From an uncultured virus (IMG/VR IMGVR_UViG_3300035670_008414) (lineage: Duplodnaviria; Heunggongvirae; Uroviricota; Caudoviricetes), in the IMG/VR virus record IMGVR_UViG_3300035670_008414: 64,000 bases of DNA; one strand, written 5' to 3'. Numbering within the stretch: position 1 is the first letter of the stretch; every line of letters begins with the position of its first letter. The position numbers were made by a program, and so were the translations under genes. The notes under the pieces were generated by a model. The model saw nothing but the letters and a program-made list of their open reading frames with translations. It made no database searches and had not been told where the DNA came from. Positions 20,844 through 31,442 of the stretch are shown here, piece by piece.

Positions 20844-22781
20844 ATGCACTCTAAGGATTTTTTCAATAAAATAGATTTATCAAAACTTGATACTATTACA
20901 GCTACTCAAATTCGTGAAGAAATATTAACTCTTAGTGATTCAGACTGGGATTTAATTGATAATGATACTGAGATGCAAAAGCAAATGGAAATCATTAAAG
21001 AAAGATTAGAAAATGATTTTCCAGATTCATTAGGAATGTCGGCTACAATAGATACTGGTTCTGTTGCCGAAGTAGTGAATAAGGCAGAGGATGAGATTAG
21101 CTCTCTTAAAGAAGCTATTGAATATCTACAAGCCGAAGCGGATGCTGGAGATGAAGAATCTAGGGAAGCTCTTGAATATTTGAGAGAAGAACTTAAATCA
21201 TTGACAGGGGAAACTTTTGAGGATTCAGGAAGCAATATTAAAAATGAAAGTAAAGATATAGATTATTTAAAATATGTTCGTTCAAAGACAGATGAATATA
21301 GAAAAGAGGGTTATACATTAATGGATGCAATTGCAACTGCATTTAGGGATTTAGGTCTTGAAACAAATGGAAAATTTGAAAAGAAAAAATTTGACAAAGT
21401 AATAAATACTAATGCCAATGTAAAAAAAGCATGGAATACATATAAGAAAGAATCTGAGATATATGTTAAAGATGGTTATTATATGAATCCTTATCAGTTG
21501 TACGCAAATGGAGGTGGGGTTGGAGATATGGGTGAGAAAATTTTGACTTATAAATTGAAAGATAATGATTTTCAAGTTAAAATAAGATATAACTATAAAC
21601 ATAAAAAATGGGAAGGTTTACATAGAGCTATAAACCCAAAAAATAATCAACCTTTACAAAAATGGGGATTTGATAAAGATAGTCTAACTTCTGATACAAA
21701 AGAAAATCTTATTCAAAAATATATGGATGAGTATGGAGATGATTTTTTTGCCAATGGAGGTGGGGTTGAAAAAAAAAAAATAATCTCTGAAAGTGGTATT
21801 GACAAATTGAAAAAATTAGGCATTAAGGACACAAGAGAATTTGGCAATAAGTATAGAGATTTTCTTGATAGAATGGAAGAACCTAAAGATGGTAAATATG
21901 TAGGTTACAAGTTGGATTTAATAACTGATGTGTTATTATACATTCAAGAAAATGGAATGAAAACAATATCTATTAAAGATTATTCAGAATTTCCAAAATT
22001 AGGCACTTTTGAATTATTAAAAGATTCATCAATTTATTATTCAACTGGAGGTCAAACAGAGGTATATGTAGCCTTTTCATTGACTAGTGATGGTGTTTTA
22101 TTAACTGAAAAATTTGATAACAATATTGATAATAAAACTCTTTACCAGCATTATAAAAATAAAGGGTATGAAATAGTTGATAGTGATATTTTTAAAGTTA
22201 CAAATTATAATTTAAAAGATATTTATATTGAAGCTGTTTCTAATTTTGTAATGGAAAAATACAATGAGGATATTGATTGGGATAATAGCTTTTTAACTTA
22301 TGAAATTGCAGATGATATGCTATTTGTAAAAGAGTGTTCAGTAAAAACAATGTCAGGAAAGGAATATTTAATAAATCCTGATGATTTGTTAGACAATAAT
22401 TATGCTAGAGGTGGTAGCATTTTCGGTTCTGAAAGACCTAAATCAGCTATTATGAGAGATAGGGCATATAAGTCCAATGAGCCACATGAAAAGAGATATA
22501 AGAGAAAGTCTAAACCAAAAAACCCTAGATATTCTAAATACAAGCATGGAGGGAATATTGAAGGAATAGATTTATTTGAAGATTATGAAAATATACCAGC
22601 AGATGTTCAGGATATATTAGACAGATATTCAGAGGATTTTGAAGATGGTAATTATTCTGGTATGGAAGAAGCTTTAATGCAATTAGAATCTATCGGATAT
22701 ACTTTTGATTATGACTTAAATGGGATAGCTTACGATTTAAGACCTATTGGAACAAAAGGAAAAAGCGAATTTGAAGATTAA
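20844..22781 (+). CDS. Polyprotein of short unknown modules separated by xxxGG linkers
   Basis: YANGG, FANGG, YARGG, YKHGG; alternating acidic and basic modules. Confidence 0.75.
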   Translation: MHSKDFFNKIDLSKLDTITATQIREEILTLSDSDWDLIDNDTEMQKQMEIIKERLENDFPDSLGMSATIDTGSVAEVVNKAEDEISSLKEAIEYLQAEADAGDEESREALEYLREELKSLTGETFEDSGSNIKNESKDIDYLKYVRSKTDEYRKEGYTLMDAIATAFRDLGLETNGKFEKKKFDKVINTNANVKKAWNTYKKESEIYVKDGYYMNPYQLYANGGGVGDMGEKILTYKLKDNDFQVKIRYNYKHKKWEGLHRAINPKNNQPLQKWGFDKDSLTSDTKENLIQKYMDEYGDDFFANGGGVEKKKIISESGIDKLKKLGIKDTREFGNKYRDFLDRMEEPKDGKYVGYKLDLITDVLLYIQENGMKTISIKDYSEFPKLGTFELLKDSSIYYSTGGQTEVYVAFSLTSDGVLLTEKFDNNIDNKTLYQHYKNKGYEIVDSDIFKVTNYNLKDIYIEAVSNFVMEKYNEDIDWDNSFLTYEIADDMLFVKECSVKTMSGKEYLINPDDLLDNNYARGGSIFGSERPKSAIMRDRAYKSNEPHEKRYKRKSKPKNPRYSKYKHGGNIEGIDLFEDYENIPADVQDILDRYSEDFEDGNYSGMEEALMQLESIGYTFDYDLNGIAYDLRPIGTKGKSEFED

Positions 22782-22813
22782 TAAAAACAAAAAAACAATA
22801 TATTAATAGAAAT

Positions 22814-23602
22814 ATGAACTTAGAACAATTAAAATCGGAACTTGCAAGACAAGAAAAAGCTTTAGCTAATCCCAAATTAGCTATGTTATTGGGAGATAAG
22901 ATAAAATCTAAAGTTGAAACACTTCAAAAGCAAATAGCTGAATTAGAATCTAATGCTAAACAAGATGTAAAAGAAGCTACTGAGGAAGTTAAAAAGACTG
23001 AAAAAAAAGTAGATGAAGCTGATAATACTTCCGAAAAGAAAAAAGCTGAAAAAGAAGTAAAAGAAGCAAAAGAAGATTTAAAAGAAGCGAAGGAAATTTT
23101 AAAAGATTTAAAAGATTTTTCTGAAAAAGCAGATAAAGTAGAAAAAAAGGTTAGTAAAATAAAAAGAGCTTCTTCTCCAACTAAAATGAAAAAACCAGAT
23201 GGAGTACCTGCAAAGGATGAAAAGACCGTTAGAGCTTTTGGTCAGACTATTACATATAAAAACGAAAGTGATTTTTGTAAAAACCTTATTACTGCATTTA
23301 AGAGTAGAAAAGAAGCATCTAAAAAGACTGGCAAAAGAAAAAGAACTAAGCCTGTATTTAATGTAATTACTTCTAATGTTAAGAATGTAGTGTCTAAGGC
23401 ATTAAATAGTGTTTCTAAGAAAGAAATTGAAAGGAATCCAAAGCAATTCTTACAAAAAGCTAAGAGCCTTGAAAAGTCTGCTATTAGATTCTTACAAGAC
23501 TTCAAAGGAATATTAGGGGATGATTTCAAAAAATCAGAAATTACATCTGAATTTGGAGAACTTGAAAAATCAATTAATAAATTTGTTCAAAAATATATAT
23601 GA
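22814..23602 (+). CDS. Lys/Glu-rich coiled-coil, basic protein (possible core protein)
   Basis: Composition; 262-aa ORF. Confidence 0.7.
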   Translation: MNLEQLKSELARQEKALANPKLAMLLGDKIKSKVETLQKQIAELESNAKQDVKEATEEVKKTEKKVDEADNTSEKKKAEKEVKEAKEDLKEAKEILKDLKDFSEKADKVEKKVSKIKRASSPTKMKKPDGVPAKDEKTVRAFGQTITYKNESDFCKNLITAFKSRKEASKKTGKRKRTKPVFNVITSNVKNVVSKALNSVSKKEIERNPKQFLQKAKSLEKSAIRFLQDFKGILGDDFKKSEITSEFGELEKSINKFVQKYI

Positions 23603-23763
23603 TAAGACCTATTCCAAATAATTTTACTGGACAGGGATTTAAAGGAGAGAGAGCATTAGCGGTAACAGCAGTATTATTAACTATTGTTTCTACTTTATTG
23701 TTAATTGACTTAACTTTAACCCAAAAAAGGCACTTGAACAATGAAATGAAAAACAACAAATAA
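23599..23763 (+). CDS. 54-aa single-TM protein (not in ORF track)
   Basis: ATGA overlap with previous gene; ALAVTAVLLTIVSTLLLIDL. Confidence 0.65.
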   Translation: MIRPIPNNFTGQGFKGERALAVTAVLLTIVSTLLLIDLTLTQKRHLNNEMKNNK

Positions 23764-23785
23764 ATAAATCCAAAAACCAAAAACT

Positions 23786-24304
23786 ATGAATGAAGATGAA
23801 TTAGAAATCCAGCACAGAACATTAATTGAAGAAGAAGAATTAGAAGTTTCTTCACTTCCTACTGAAATTAAAAATGCAATGCGAAAGTTCAATATGAAAC
23901 TAGCTAAGTATGAAGATAGTGGAGATGAAGAATTGTTCTATGAATTGCAACAAGATGATGTAGCAATTGCAGATAATATCTTAACTTTCATTGAAGATAA
24001 CAATTCTGATGATGAAGATGAAGATGAGGATTATTTAGAAGAACAAAGAGAGAAAGAGCAAGAGCAAGAGAAAGAGAAAGAGCAAGAAAAAATTGAGGTA
24101 AAAAATGAAGAACCTGCTAAACAGGTAAACCCAGTTAATAACCTAGAGGAGCAAATTAAGGCATTGGTTAAGAATGGAAAAATTAGTGTTAGCGATTTAG
24201 AAAACATTATAAAAAGAGAACCTGATTATCCTAATGAGCAAGTAGGTAATTTAATTTTGAAAAAGGTTTATTTACAACCTTATTACGAAGTTTACCAAAA
24301 ATAA
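23786..24304 (+). CDS. Acidic scaffold-like protein carrying the shared C-terminal tag
   Basis: D/E-rich; ends IIKREPDYPNEQVGNLILKKVYLQPYYEV; no GG linker. Confidence 0.75.
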   Translation: MNEDELEIQHRTLIEEEELEVSSLPTEIKNAMRKFNMKLAKYEDSGDEELFYELQQDDVAIADNILTFIEDNNSDDEDEDEDYLEEQREKEQEQEKEKEQEKIEVKNEEPAKQVNPVNNLEEQIKALVKNGKISVSDLENIIKREPDYPNEQVGNLILKKVYLQPYYEVYQK

Positions 24305-24330
24305 ACATAGTTAGTTTTTTTAATTTTTAG

Positions 24331-24358
24331 AAAGGCATTGAAAGATGCCTTTTTTTTT
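24331..24358 (+). terminator. Intrinsic terminator closing the cargo operon
   Basis: aaaggcat-tgaaag-atgccttt hairpin followed by T run. Confidence 0.75.
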
Positions 24359-24446
24359 GTTTAAAAAACTGTTAATAAAAATATTTGAGTGTCTAAAATA
24401 TATCAATAATTTTTACAAAATTTGTGTAAAGAATAACCAAAGAATA

Positions 24447-24917
24447 ATGCACCCTAAAGATGAAAGAGAGCTTTATGAATTAATCCGAAATCTAAGTAGA
24501 GGGATTAAAAAACATGGCATACGAAAAGTAATTAAAAGCTTAAAACAAATAAATTTCTTAGCAGATGAGGAAGATAATATCAATTACACATTGATAGACC
24601 AAATAGAATCTACTGTATGTGCTAAGATTGGTGTTCCCAGAGATGAGCTTTATGGATTTGCTTCTAGGGGAGAAATTACAATAGCTAGAAAATTTTGTAT
24701 TCTTTTAATTAGAAAATTCATTAGAAACATGAGTGATGAACTTGTAGCTACTCAATACAATAGAAGCAGACAAGTAGTTCATAATACTGAAAAAGAATTT
24801 AGGACAATTAAAAGCGGAAAGCAGAATAAGTTTCATTTAGATTTATTGTCTCTTTATGCAGAGCTTGAAAATGAAATACAAAAATTTATTGATAACTCAA
24901 AAAAAAGTAAAAAATAA
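24447..24917 (+). CDS. Protein with DnaA C-terminal (domain IV)-like HTH
   Basis: IESTVCAKIGVPRDELYG..R.EITIARKFCILLIRK...VATQYNRSRQVVH; ATG 24447 preferred over 24345 (inside terminator). Confidence 0.7.
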   Translation: MHPKDERELYELIRNLSRGIKKHGIRKVIKSLKQINFLADEEDNINYTLIDQIESTVCAKIGVPRDELYGFASRGEITIARKFCILLIRKFIRNMSDELVATQYNRSRQVVHNTEKEFRTIKSGKQNKFHLDLLSLYAELENEIQKFIDNSKKSKK

Positions 24918-26212
24918 TGGCTGAACCAAAAAAAAGAGGGAGACCTAAGAAAGTACAGCAGCCAGATTTTTCAATGGAAAATCAGCAAAAAGAACAAGTT
25001 GAAACAAATAATTTTCAGCAAGATGATGATGATGATTTAAAATCATTTTTAAGAAGTAAACAAAAAAAAGAAACTGTGAATATAGATAATTCAGGGAGTT
25101 CCGATATTGATGAAGAAGCTCTTAAAGAAATAGAAGATTTTGAAAGTCAAGAAGGAATTAATGACATTCCAAATGAGGATTTTAACCCTTTAAATGAAGC
25201 CTTACAAAACAGGTCATATACAGGTGGTATAGTAAATAACAATACTATTAAGACCGAAAGGATAATTGAAGAACCTAATTATGTAGGTAGTGGAGGTGCT
25301 AAACTAGAGGTAGATAGTGAATTAATAAATCCAAATAATAATTCTAATAACAATAATACAAGTAACACAAATAATAATACTAGTTCTACTTTCAATGATA
25401 TTCCTCCCGATAATTCAAACAATAATAATTCATCAAGTACAAACACAAATGCAAATACAAATGTAGATGGTAGTGATAATTTAAAAAACTTATCTCCTAA
25501 AGAGAAAAGGGAATCAATGGAAAAGACTGCCGATGTTATACTATTGACTATTAAAAATATTTTTCCTATTCCATTTGTTTATGTTGCTACTTATTCAGAT
25601 AAAAAATTAAATAATTTACATTCTAAAAATGAAATTAATTTAGATACTGAGATAAAGAGAGATGGAACTACATTTAGAGAATACTATAAGGAATTTAATG
25701 CCAAAGTAGAAGAAGCTTTTGTAGTTACGGATGCTGAAATAGAAGCTTTAAAAGAACCTCTGGTAGATGTTTTAATGGAGAGAGATGTTGCCATGACACC
25801 TATGCAAAGACTATTATTTGTAGCTGGTCAATTTGTAGTTCCTAAAATCATGTTGGCAGGTAAATTCATGATGGAGAAAAAGAGTGATATTGAAGAAATG
25901 AAAAATATACATAAAGAGAAAATGAAAATAGAGCAAGATATTTTGGAAAAATTAGATAGAGATGAGAAAATAAAGAAAAGACAAGAAGAAGAAATTTTAA
26001 GGCAAGAAAGATTAAGAAAAGAAAAGGAAAGATTAGAAAAAGAGGTTAAGGCTAATAATGATAAAAATAATAAAGAAGATGTAATCGAAGATATTGAGGA
26101 TGATGAGGATGATAATGATTACGGAGATGAAGAAACAAACGAATCTCCTACAATGGATGAAGCTTTGAATTTAGAAAATGATGATAATTTTGTTAATGAT
26201 ATTCCAGAATGA
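24917..26212 (+). CDS. Acidic/Asn-rich protein with two hydrophobic segments, upstream of packaging ATPase
   Basis: KKRGRPKK N-terminus, low-complexity N tract, coiled coil; overlaps ATPase start. Confidence 0.75.
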   Translation: MAEPKKRGRPKKVQQPDFSMENQQKEQVETNNFQQDDDDDLKSFLRSKQKKETVNIDNSGSSDIDEEALKEIEDFESQEGINDIPNEDFNPLNEALQNRSYTGGIVNNNTIKTERIIEEPNYVGSGGAKLEVDSELINPNNNSNNNNTSNTNNNTSSTFNDIPPDNSNNNNSSSTNTNANTNVDGSDNLKNLSPKEKRESMEKTADVILLTIKNIFPIPFVYVATYSDKKLNNLHSKNEINLDTEIKRDGTTFREYYKEFNAKVEEAFVVTDAEIEALKEPLVDVLMERDVAMTPMQRLLFVAGQFVVPKIMLAGKFMMEKKSDIEEMKNIHKEKMKIEQDILEKLDRDEKIKKRQEEEILRQERLRKEKERLEKEVKANNDKNNKEDVIEDIEDDEDDNDYGDEETNESPTMDEALNLENDDNFVNDIPE

Positions 26213-27060
26213 GAGAGCCACAATTGATAGTAGCTACTGGTACAAAGGGGGTTGGAAAAACATTCAAGACTTGTCAATTAATACAAGAATATCTAACTCC
26301 AGATGTTAATACTGGTAAAAAGCCTAGAAAAGTTTTGATATTCGATGTTAATGGAGAATATAACAATGAAGAATTAATTAAAAATGGATTTAGATTTAGA
26401 ACAAAGGTTTTGGCTTTAAAAGATGTAGAAGAATGGACAAAACAATCTAGGGTTGAGGTTAGGAGGGTCTTGCCTGTTGATGCAAATGGAAACGAAGTAG
26501 GTACTGAAAAATATCCAGAGATATTAGGAGTTATATTACATTATTTTAGGGGTGGTATGTTAATATTGGAAGATATTAATAAATACTTAGTTGAAACTAG
26601 GGATGCAAAGATTATTGGAGCTTTAACTACAAATAGACATAGAGATTTAGATATTTATATTCATTTACAATCATTAGCTCCTTTAACTACTAGAATGTGG
26701 CAAAATGCAAATGTTGTTCGATTTCATTATCAAATGGATGATATTGATAGGTATAAAGCCAGAATACCAAATTACGAGCTTTTTAAGATTTCTCAATTAA
26801 TGGTAAATGAAAAGTATTATAGTGGAAATGAAAGGTTCTTTTGCTATGTAATGAATCAGTTAAATAAAATTGTTGGTTCATATTCAAAAAAAGATTTTAT
26901 TGTTGCTTGTAGGCAATATTTAGAACTGCATCCAGCCAAAGTAAAAGCTATTCAACAAAAATATGGAAAAGGCTATGATGCTAAATTAAAAGCTACAAAG
27001 GAATGTATATTGGATTTATATAAAAAGTATTTTGGTAACAAAAAACCAGCAAAAAAATGA
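26209..27060 (+). CDS. FtsK/HerA-superfamily (A32/P9-like) genome packaging ATPase
   Basis: Walker A GTKGVGKT near N-terminus, Walker B MLILEDI, RHRDLDIYIHLQ (R-finger + Q sensor), ~280 aa. Confidence 0.8.
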   Translation: MREPQLIVATGTKGVGKTFKTCQLIQEYLTPDVNTGKKPRKVLIFDVNGEYNNEELIKNGFRFRTKVLALKDVEEWTKQSRVEVRRVLPVDANGNEVGTEKYPEILGVILHYFRGGMLILEDINKYLVETRDAKIIGALTTNRHRDLDIYIHLQSLAPLTTRMWQNANVVRFHYQMDDIDRYKARIPNYELFKISQLMVNEKYYSGNERFFCYVMNQLNKIVGSYSKKDFIVACRQYLELHPAKVKAIQQKYGKGYDAKLKATKECILDLYKKYFGNKKPAKK

Positions 27061-27950
27061 TTAAAATTTTAATATTTACTATTTCGCTTATAGCAATATA
27101 TTTAATTTATATATATGTAAGAAAAAGAATTTTAGAAGATGAATTTGTAATTGAGGAAGAATTTTATAATTATGGTAGAATATTAGTTTTTGATATTTCT
27201 AATTGTTATAATGAAGAAATAGAATTAGATTTATGTCAATTAGATTCTAAAGATAGCAGGTATAAATTTGAAAACTCTAATGGAGAATATGAAAAACTAT
27301 CAAACTACTTAAAAACACACACTTTAAATGTTATTTCAACTAAAGTAATTTATAATAATTCGGATTGGCAAAAGGATATTATTAGAAATATAATGTATAA
27401 TCCTTTTACAAACTATAAGAGACCTGTTTTTGTAGCTATGAATGATTTTTCTTTGCCCTATGCAAATAAAAACATAGTTGAATCAAGACATAAGTATGAA
27501 TTTAATTATTTCAATAGCTTATTAGTTAGCCTAAAACCTAATGAATCAAAGCAAATACATCTTTTTGTTGTTGAAAATGATATAAAAACAAGTAATTATC
27601 CTGTTAAGACTGGAGTTATATTGAAAAATAATTCAAACGAAACTCAAAGAGTTAATTTGTTCGATAATGATTTAATAGATGGAATAGAATATGATTCATT
27701 ATTTAAAGGAAATACATATCAGGAATTAGTAAACCATTACAATAGAAATCATTTAGTAGCAAAAGAAGTAAAATTATTTTCAAAAACCATGAATGAATTG
27801 GTTTACAAAATAAATTTTGATGATTACAAAATGACAAGTGATAGTAACGAAAATCATTACTACATAATAGATTTAAAAAATGATAGATTTATAGCTTTAT
27901 TTGAAATTGAAATTCAAGCAAATGCTGAACTTATAATAACATTCAACTAA
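27057..27950 (+). CDS. N-terminal TM + two tandem domains resembling the candidate capsid fold
   Basis: Repeated pattern (hydrophobic)xNxxxxxxxxxLF...Y..L...; similar to 37793 ORF. Confidence 0.55.
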   Translation: MIKILIFTISLIAIYLIYIYVRKRILEDEFVIEEEFYNYGRILVFDISNCYNEEIELDLCQLDSKDSRYKFENSNGEYEKLSNYLKTHTLNVISTKVIYNNSDWQKDIIRNIMYNPFTNYKRPVFVAMNDFSLPYANKNIVESRHKYEFNYFNSLLVSLKPNESKQIHLFVVENDIKTSNYPVKTGVILKNNSNETQRVNLFDNDLIDGIEYDSLFKGNTYQELVNHYNRNHLVAKEVKLFSKTMNELVYKINFDDYKMTSDSNENHYYIIDLKNDRFIALFEIEIQANAELIITFN

Positions 27951-28624
27951 TGAATTATAATTTAATAGTAAATTACTATACTGATAAAAATACAGATAGA
28001 CAAAAAGAATTAGATTTTTGCTTTTTAGAGAATCTGAAAGTTGAGTGCTTAAATAGTTCATTGGTAATTTGTAATGAAAATGATTATGAAAATATAAAAT
28101 CTAAATTTTCAGATTATCAAAATAAGATTTTACCGATAATCATTGATAATAGACCTAGTTATAATGATTATTTTCAATTAATATCAAAAGCTTTTAACGA
28201 TAAAGATAATATCAATGTATTAAGCAACCTAGATATTATTGTTCCAAAGGAAACTTTTGTTTATTCATCCTTGTATTTATCAGAGCCTAATAGTTGTTTA
28301 GCTTTAACAAGGTATGATGTAAATAATATAGATAATTACTCAATAAATTCTACATTTTTTGATAGGGTTGATAGTCAAGATACATGGATATTCAAAGGTG
28401 GAGTTTCTAATATTACTGGAGCTGATTTCGGACTTGGAATAGCTGGTTGCGATAATAGTATTGCACATTTGCTAGAACAAGCAGGATATTTAGTTAAGAA
28501 TCCTTCTTTAACTTTAAAAACATATCATTATCATTTAAGTAATGTAAGAAATTATACAGACATGGTAGGGCAAGTTATTCAAAGAGTTCCACCCCCATAC
28601 AAACTTTTACCTACTACAAAATAG
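27950..28624 (+). CDS. Glycosyltransferase-like (GT-A-type) protein
   Basis: RQKELDFC, SNLDI, ALTRYD, DSQDTWIF, GIAGCDN, HYH motifs. Confidence 0.6.
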   Translation: MNYNLIVNYYTDKNTDRQKELDFCFLENLKVECLNSSLVICNENDYENIKSKFSDYQNKILPIIIDNRPSYNDYFQLISKAFNDKDNINVLSNLDIIVPKETFVYSSLYLSEPNSCLALTRYDVNNIDNYSINSTFFDRVDSQDTWIFKGGVSNITGADFGLGIAGCDNSIAHLLEQAGYLVKNPSLTLKTYHYHLSNVRNYTDMVGQVIQRVPPPYKLLPTTK

Positions 28625-29568
28625 TGAAAAAGAAACTTTTACATATTATGATGGGTACTCATAACCCAGAGCTTTGTAAAGGCTTAGAAAGTGTATTTGA
28701 ATGTTTTCATTTAGACTGGAGTATTTATGGAGAAAATTCTCATGAATTACAAAATAAAATTTTAGAGACTTCTCATAATTTTAAACCTGATTATGTTTTT
28801 TTACATATTCAAAGTGGAAATGCTATTAGAATTGAGACTATAAAAGAATTAATGAAAAATAGTAAAGTAGTGAATTGGACTGGAGATGTAAGGCATCCAC
28901 TACCTGAACACTATTTGCACATTGGTTCTCATATTAATTTAACTTTATATACAAATGAAAATGATGTTGAAACTTCTAAAATTAGAGGTGTAAATACAGA
29001 TTTTTTACAAGTTGGATTCGACAAAACTTATTTTAATCCATTAGGAAGAAAAGATAGTAAATACGAGCCAATACTATTTTTAGGTTCAAATTATCCTCAC
29101 TCAAATTTTCCACTAACAGATTTGAGGGTTCAAATGGTTTTAAGACTTAAAAATGAATTTGGAAATGATTTTGGAGTTTATGGAGGAGGTTGGATGAGTT
29201 ATGGAAATGGAAACATAACAAACTATGAAGAAGAAGGAACTGCATATAGGTCTTGTAAAATAGCAATAAACTTGTCTCACTATGCTTACAAAAGATATAG
29301 CTCAGATAGGTTATTTAGGATTTTAGGTAGCGGTGCTTTTTGTTTAACTCATTATTTTCCTGAAATTGAAAAAGATTTTAAAGTAGGAGAAGAATTAGTT
29401 GTTTGGGAAAATTTAGATGATTTAGTTTTAAAAATTAGAAAGTACCTAAATAATAATAATGAAAGAGAAAAAATAGCTATTAAAGGCTGTGCTTTAGGTA
29501 GAAGTAAATATACATGGTTTAATTTTGCGAATGAATTATATAACATATTAAAAAAACACAATTTATGA
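28624..29568 (+). CDS. CgeB-like glycosyltransferase (Glyco_trans_1_2)
   Basis: NWTGD, FLGSNY, YRSCKIAINLSH, SDRLFRILGSGAFCLT. Confidence 0.85.
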   Translation: MKKKLLHIMMGTHNPELCKGLESVFECFHLDWSIYGENSHELQNKILETSHNFKPDYVFLHIQSGNAIRIETIKELMKNSKVVNWTGDVRHPLPEHYLHIGSHINLTLYTNENDVETSKIRGVNTDFLQVGFDKTYFNPLGRKDSKYEPILFLGSNYPHSNFPLTDLRVQMVLRLKNEFGNDFGVYGGGWMSYGNGNITNYEEEGTAYRSCKIAINLSHYAYKRYSSDRLFRILGSGAFCLTHYFPEIEKDFKVGEELVVWENLDDLVLKIRKYLNNNNEREKIAIKGCALGRSKYTWFNFANELYNILKKHNL

Positions 29569-30227
29569 TTAACTGGGTAACACAAATAAAAAACATACCT
29601 ACACTTAAAAAATATGCTCAATTTGGCGAGGAAGCTATATTTGACTATATATTTCATCACATAGGAACTACTAATAAATTTTTAGTTGATTTCGGAGCAA
29701 GTTCATTAAATGTAGGTCTTTCAAATAGCAAACATTTACTTGAAAATGGTTGGGATGGTTTATTAATGGATGGTAAAACAGATGGAAACCCATTCATAAA
29801 AGAGGAATTTATTACAGCCGAGAATATTTGTGATTTGTTTAAAAAATATTCAGTTCCACAAACATTTGATTTATTGTCAATTGATATTGATGGAAATGAT
29901 ATTTGGGTATTGGAAAATATACTTAAAAAATATAAGCCTAGAGTAATAATAAATGAATTTAATGGTTGTATTCCTGTTGGTGTTAATAAAGCGATAAAAT
30001 ACAATCCAACTCATAGCTGGGGGGAAAATGATTACTATGGAGCTAGTTTTGAAGCTTTCAAAGTATTGTTTAATAAATTTAACTATACATTAGTGCATCA
30101 GATAGCCACTACTAATATGGTTGCTATAAGTAGTGATATTGTTCCTAACTTCGACTATGGAGTAAGTTATAATCAAAATCAATACCATGCTCATTCTCCA
30201 AATAGAGAGTGGGTACAATATATTTAA
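29565..30227 (+). CDS. FkbM-like SAM methyltransferase
   Basis: YAQFGEE, VDFGA, FDLLSIDIDGND, PRVIINEFN, YYGAS. Confidence 0.8.
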   Translation: MINWVTQIKNIPTLKKYAQFGEEAIFDYIFHHIGTTNKFLVDFGASSLNVGLSNSKHLLENGWDGLLMDGKTDGNPFIKEEFITAENICDLFKKYSVPQTFDLLSIDIDGNDIWVLENILKKYKPRVIINEFNGCIPVGVNKAIKYNPTHSWGENDYYGASFEAFKVLFNKFNYTLVHQIATTNMVAISSDIVPNFDYGVSYNQNQYHAHSPNREWVQYI

Positions 30228-30229
30228 CT

Positions 30230-30835
30230 ATGTCATTAATAAACGCAAATAATTTTGTTTTCATACACATTTACAAGTGTGGTGGTATGTCAATGCGTAA
30301 AATAATTCAGGAAAAGCTAAATTCGGTAGAATTAGGATTAAGCCACTATACAGCAAAAGAAATGAGAGATTTTTGCTATTCTAATGGAGGTCAATTTTTC
30401 TGGAAAACTGCTTTTAAATTTTCTTTTGTTAGAAATCCTTTCGATTGGGTAGTTTCTCTTTATGAATTTATAAGAAATAATTCTAATCATCCAAATTACA
30501 ATGAAGTAAAAGATTTTGATTTTGAGCAATTTTGTGTATGGAATGTAAATTGCATAAATAACAAAAAAAATAATCCAGATGGAAACTTTAATACACTAAC
30601 AGAGTTTCTATTCGATGGAAGTCAATTACTTGTAGATTTTATAGGTAAATTGGAAAATTACAATGAAGATTCTAAAAAGATATTTAATAGACTTGGAATA
30701 CCTGAAAGCTCTATTTCTTATATAAATAAGACTGAAAGGGATTCTGATTATAAAAAGTATTATAATGATGAAAGCAAAAGAATAATAACCGATGCTTTTT
30801 ATTATGACCTAGTAAATTTTAACTATAAATTTTAA
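30230..30835 (+). CDS. Sulfotransferase family 2 protein
   Basis: FIHIYKCGGMS (5'-PSB), FVRNPFDWVVSLY (3'-PB). Confidence 0.85.
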   Translation: MSLINANNFVFIHIYKCGGMSMRKIIQEKLNSVELGLSHYTAKEMRDFCYSNGGQFFWKTAFKFSFVRNPFDWVVSLYEFIRNNSNHPNYNEVKDFDFEQFCVWNVNCINNKKNNPDGNFNTLTEFLFDGSQLLVDFIGKLENYNEDSKKIFNRLGIPESSISYINKTERDSDYKKYYNDESKRIITDAFYYDLVNFNYKF

Positions 30836-31437
30836 TGGCTTTAATAAATGATGATAAAAAATATATTTTCTTTCATTTATATAAATGTGGAGGAAATTCT
30901 TTTAGGACTATTTTAAGTGGTAACGAATATGGGGGGGTACATTCAAATCCTAAAGAAATAAAGCAGTTGCTTAATTCTTCAAATTCAAATATATTTAATG
31001 ACTACTTTAAATTTACTATCATTAGGAATCCTTTTGATTGGTTATTAAGCACTTATTTTTATATAATAAACACTAGTCATAATCTAAATAGTATTGTTAA
31101 AAAAATGAATTTTAATGAATTTTTAGTTTATTATGTAAATGAAATGATGCTTAATTTAAACAAGCCAATTGGCTCAAATAAAGTTGTAAATCTTTTTGAG
31201 TATATAACAGATGAAAATTCTAATGTTATTTTAGACTATGTTGGAAAATATGAAAATATTGATTCGGAAGCTAAGATAATTTGTGAAAAAATTGGAATAC
31301 CATTCCATAAACTTCCATTAAAAAATGTCAATATAAATAAGGATAAAGATTATAGAAAATACTATAATTCTGAAAGTATTGAATTTGTTCAAACATATTT
31401 TAAAAAAGATTTAGAATACTTTAACTATAAATTTTAA
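30835..31437 (+). CDS. Sulfotransferase family 2 protein
   Basis: FFHLYKCGGNS, IIRNPFDWLLSTY; paralogue of preceding gene. Confidence 0.85.
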   Translation: MALINDDKKYIFFHLYKCGGNSFRTILSGNEYGGVHSNPKEIKQLLNSSNSNIFNDYFKFTIIRNPFDWLLSTYFYIINTSHNLNSIVKKMNFNEFLVYYVNEMMLNLNKPIGSNKVVNLFEYITDENSNVILDYVGKYENIDSEAKIICEKIGIPFHKLPLKNVNINKDKDYRKYYNSESIEFVQTYFKKDLEYFNYKF

Positions 31438-31442
31438 TAAAA

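Noticed and set aside
24345..24446. N-terminal extension of the DnaA-C-like ORF
   Set aside because: The ATG at 24345 lies inside the terminator hairpin; ATG 24447 has the leader motif.
25320..25480. Asn/Thr-rich aat repeats as a functional DNA repeat
   Set aside because: Low-complexity coding tract without a regular unit.
26209..27060. Conjugative coupling protein / ICE interpretation
   Set aside because: ATPase is small and lacks TM or all-alpha domains; no relaxase or Tra genes are visible; context is virion-like.
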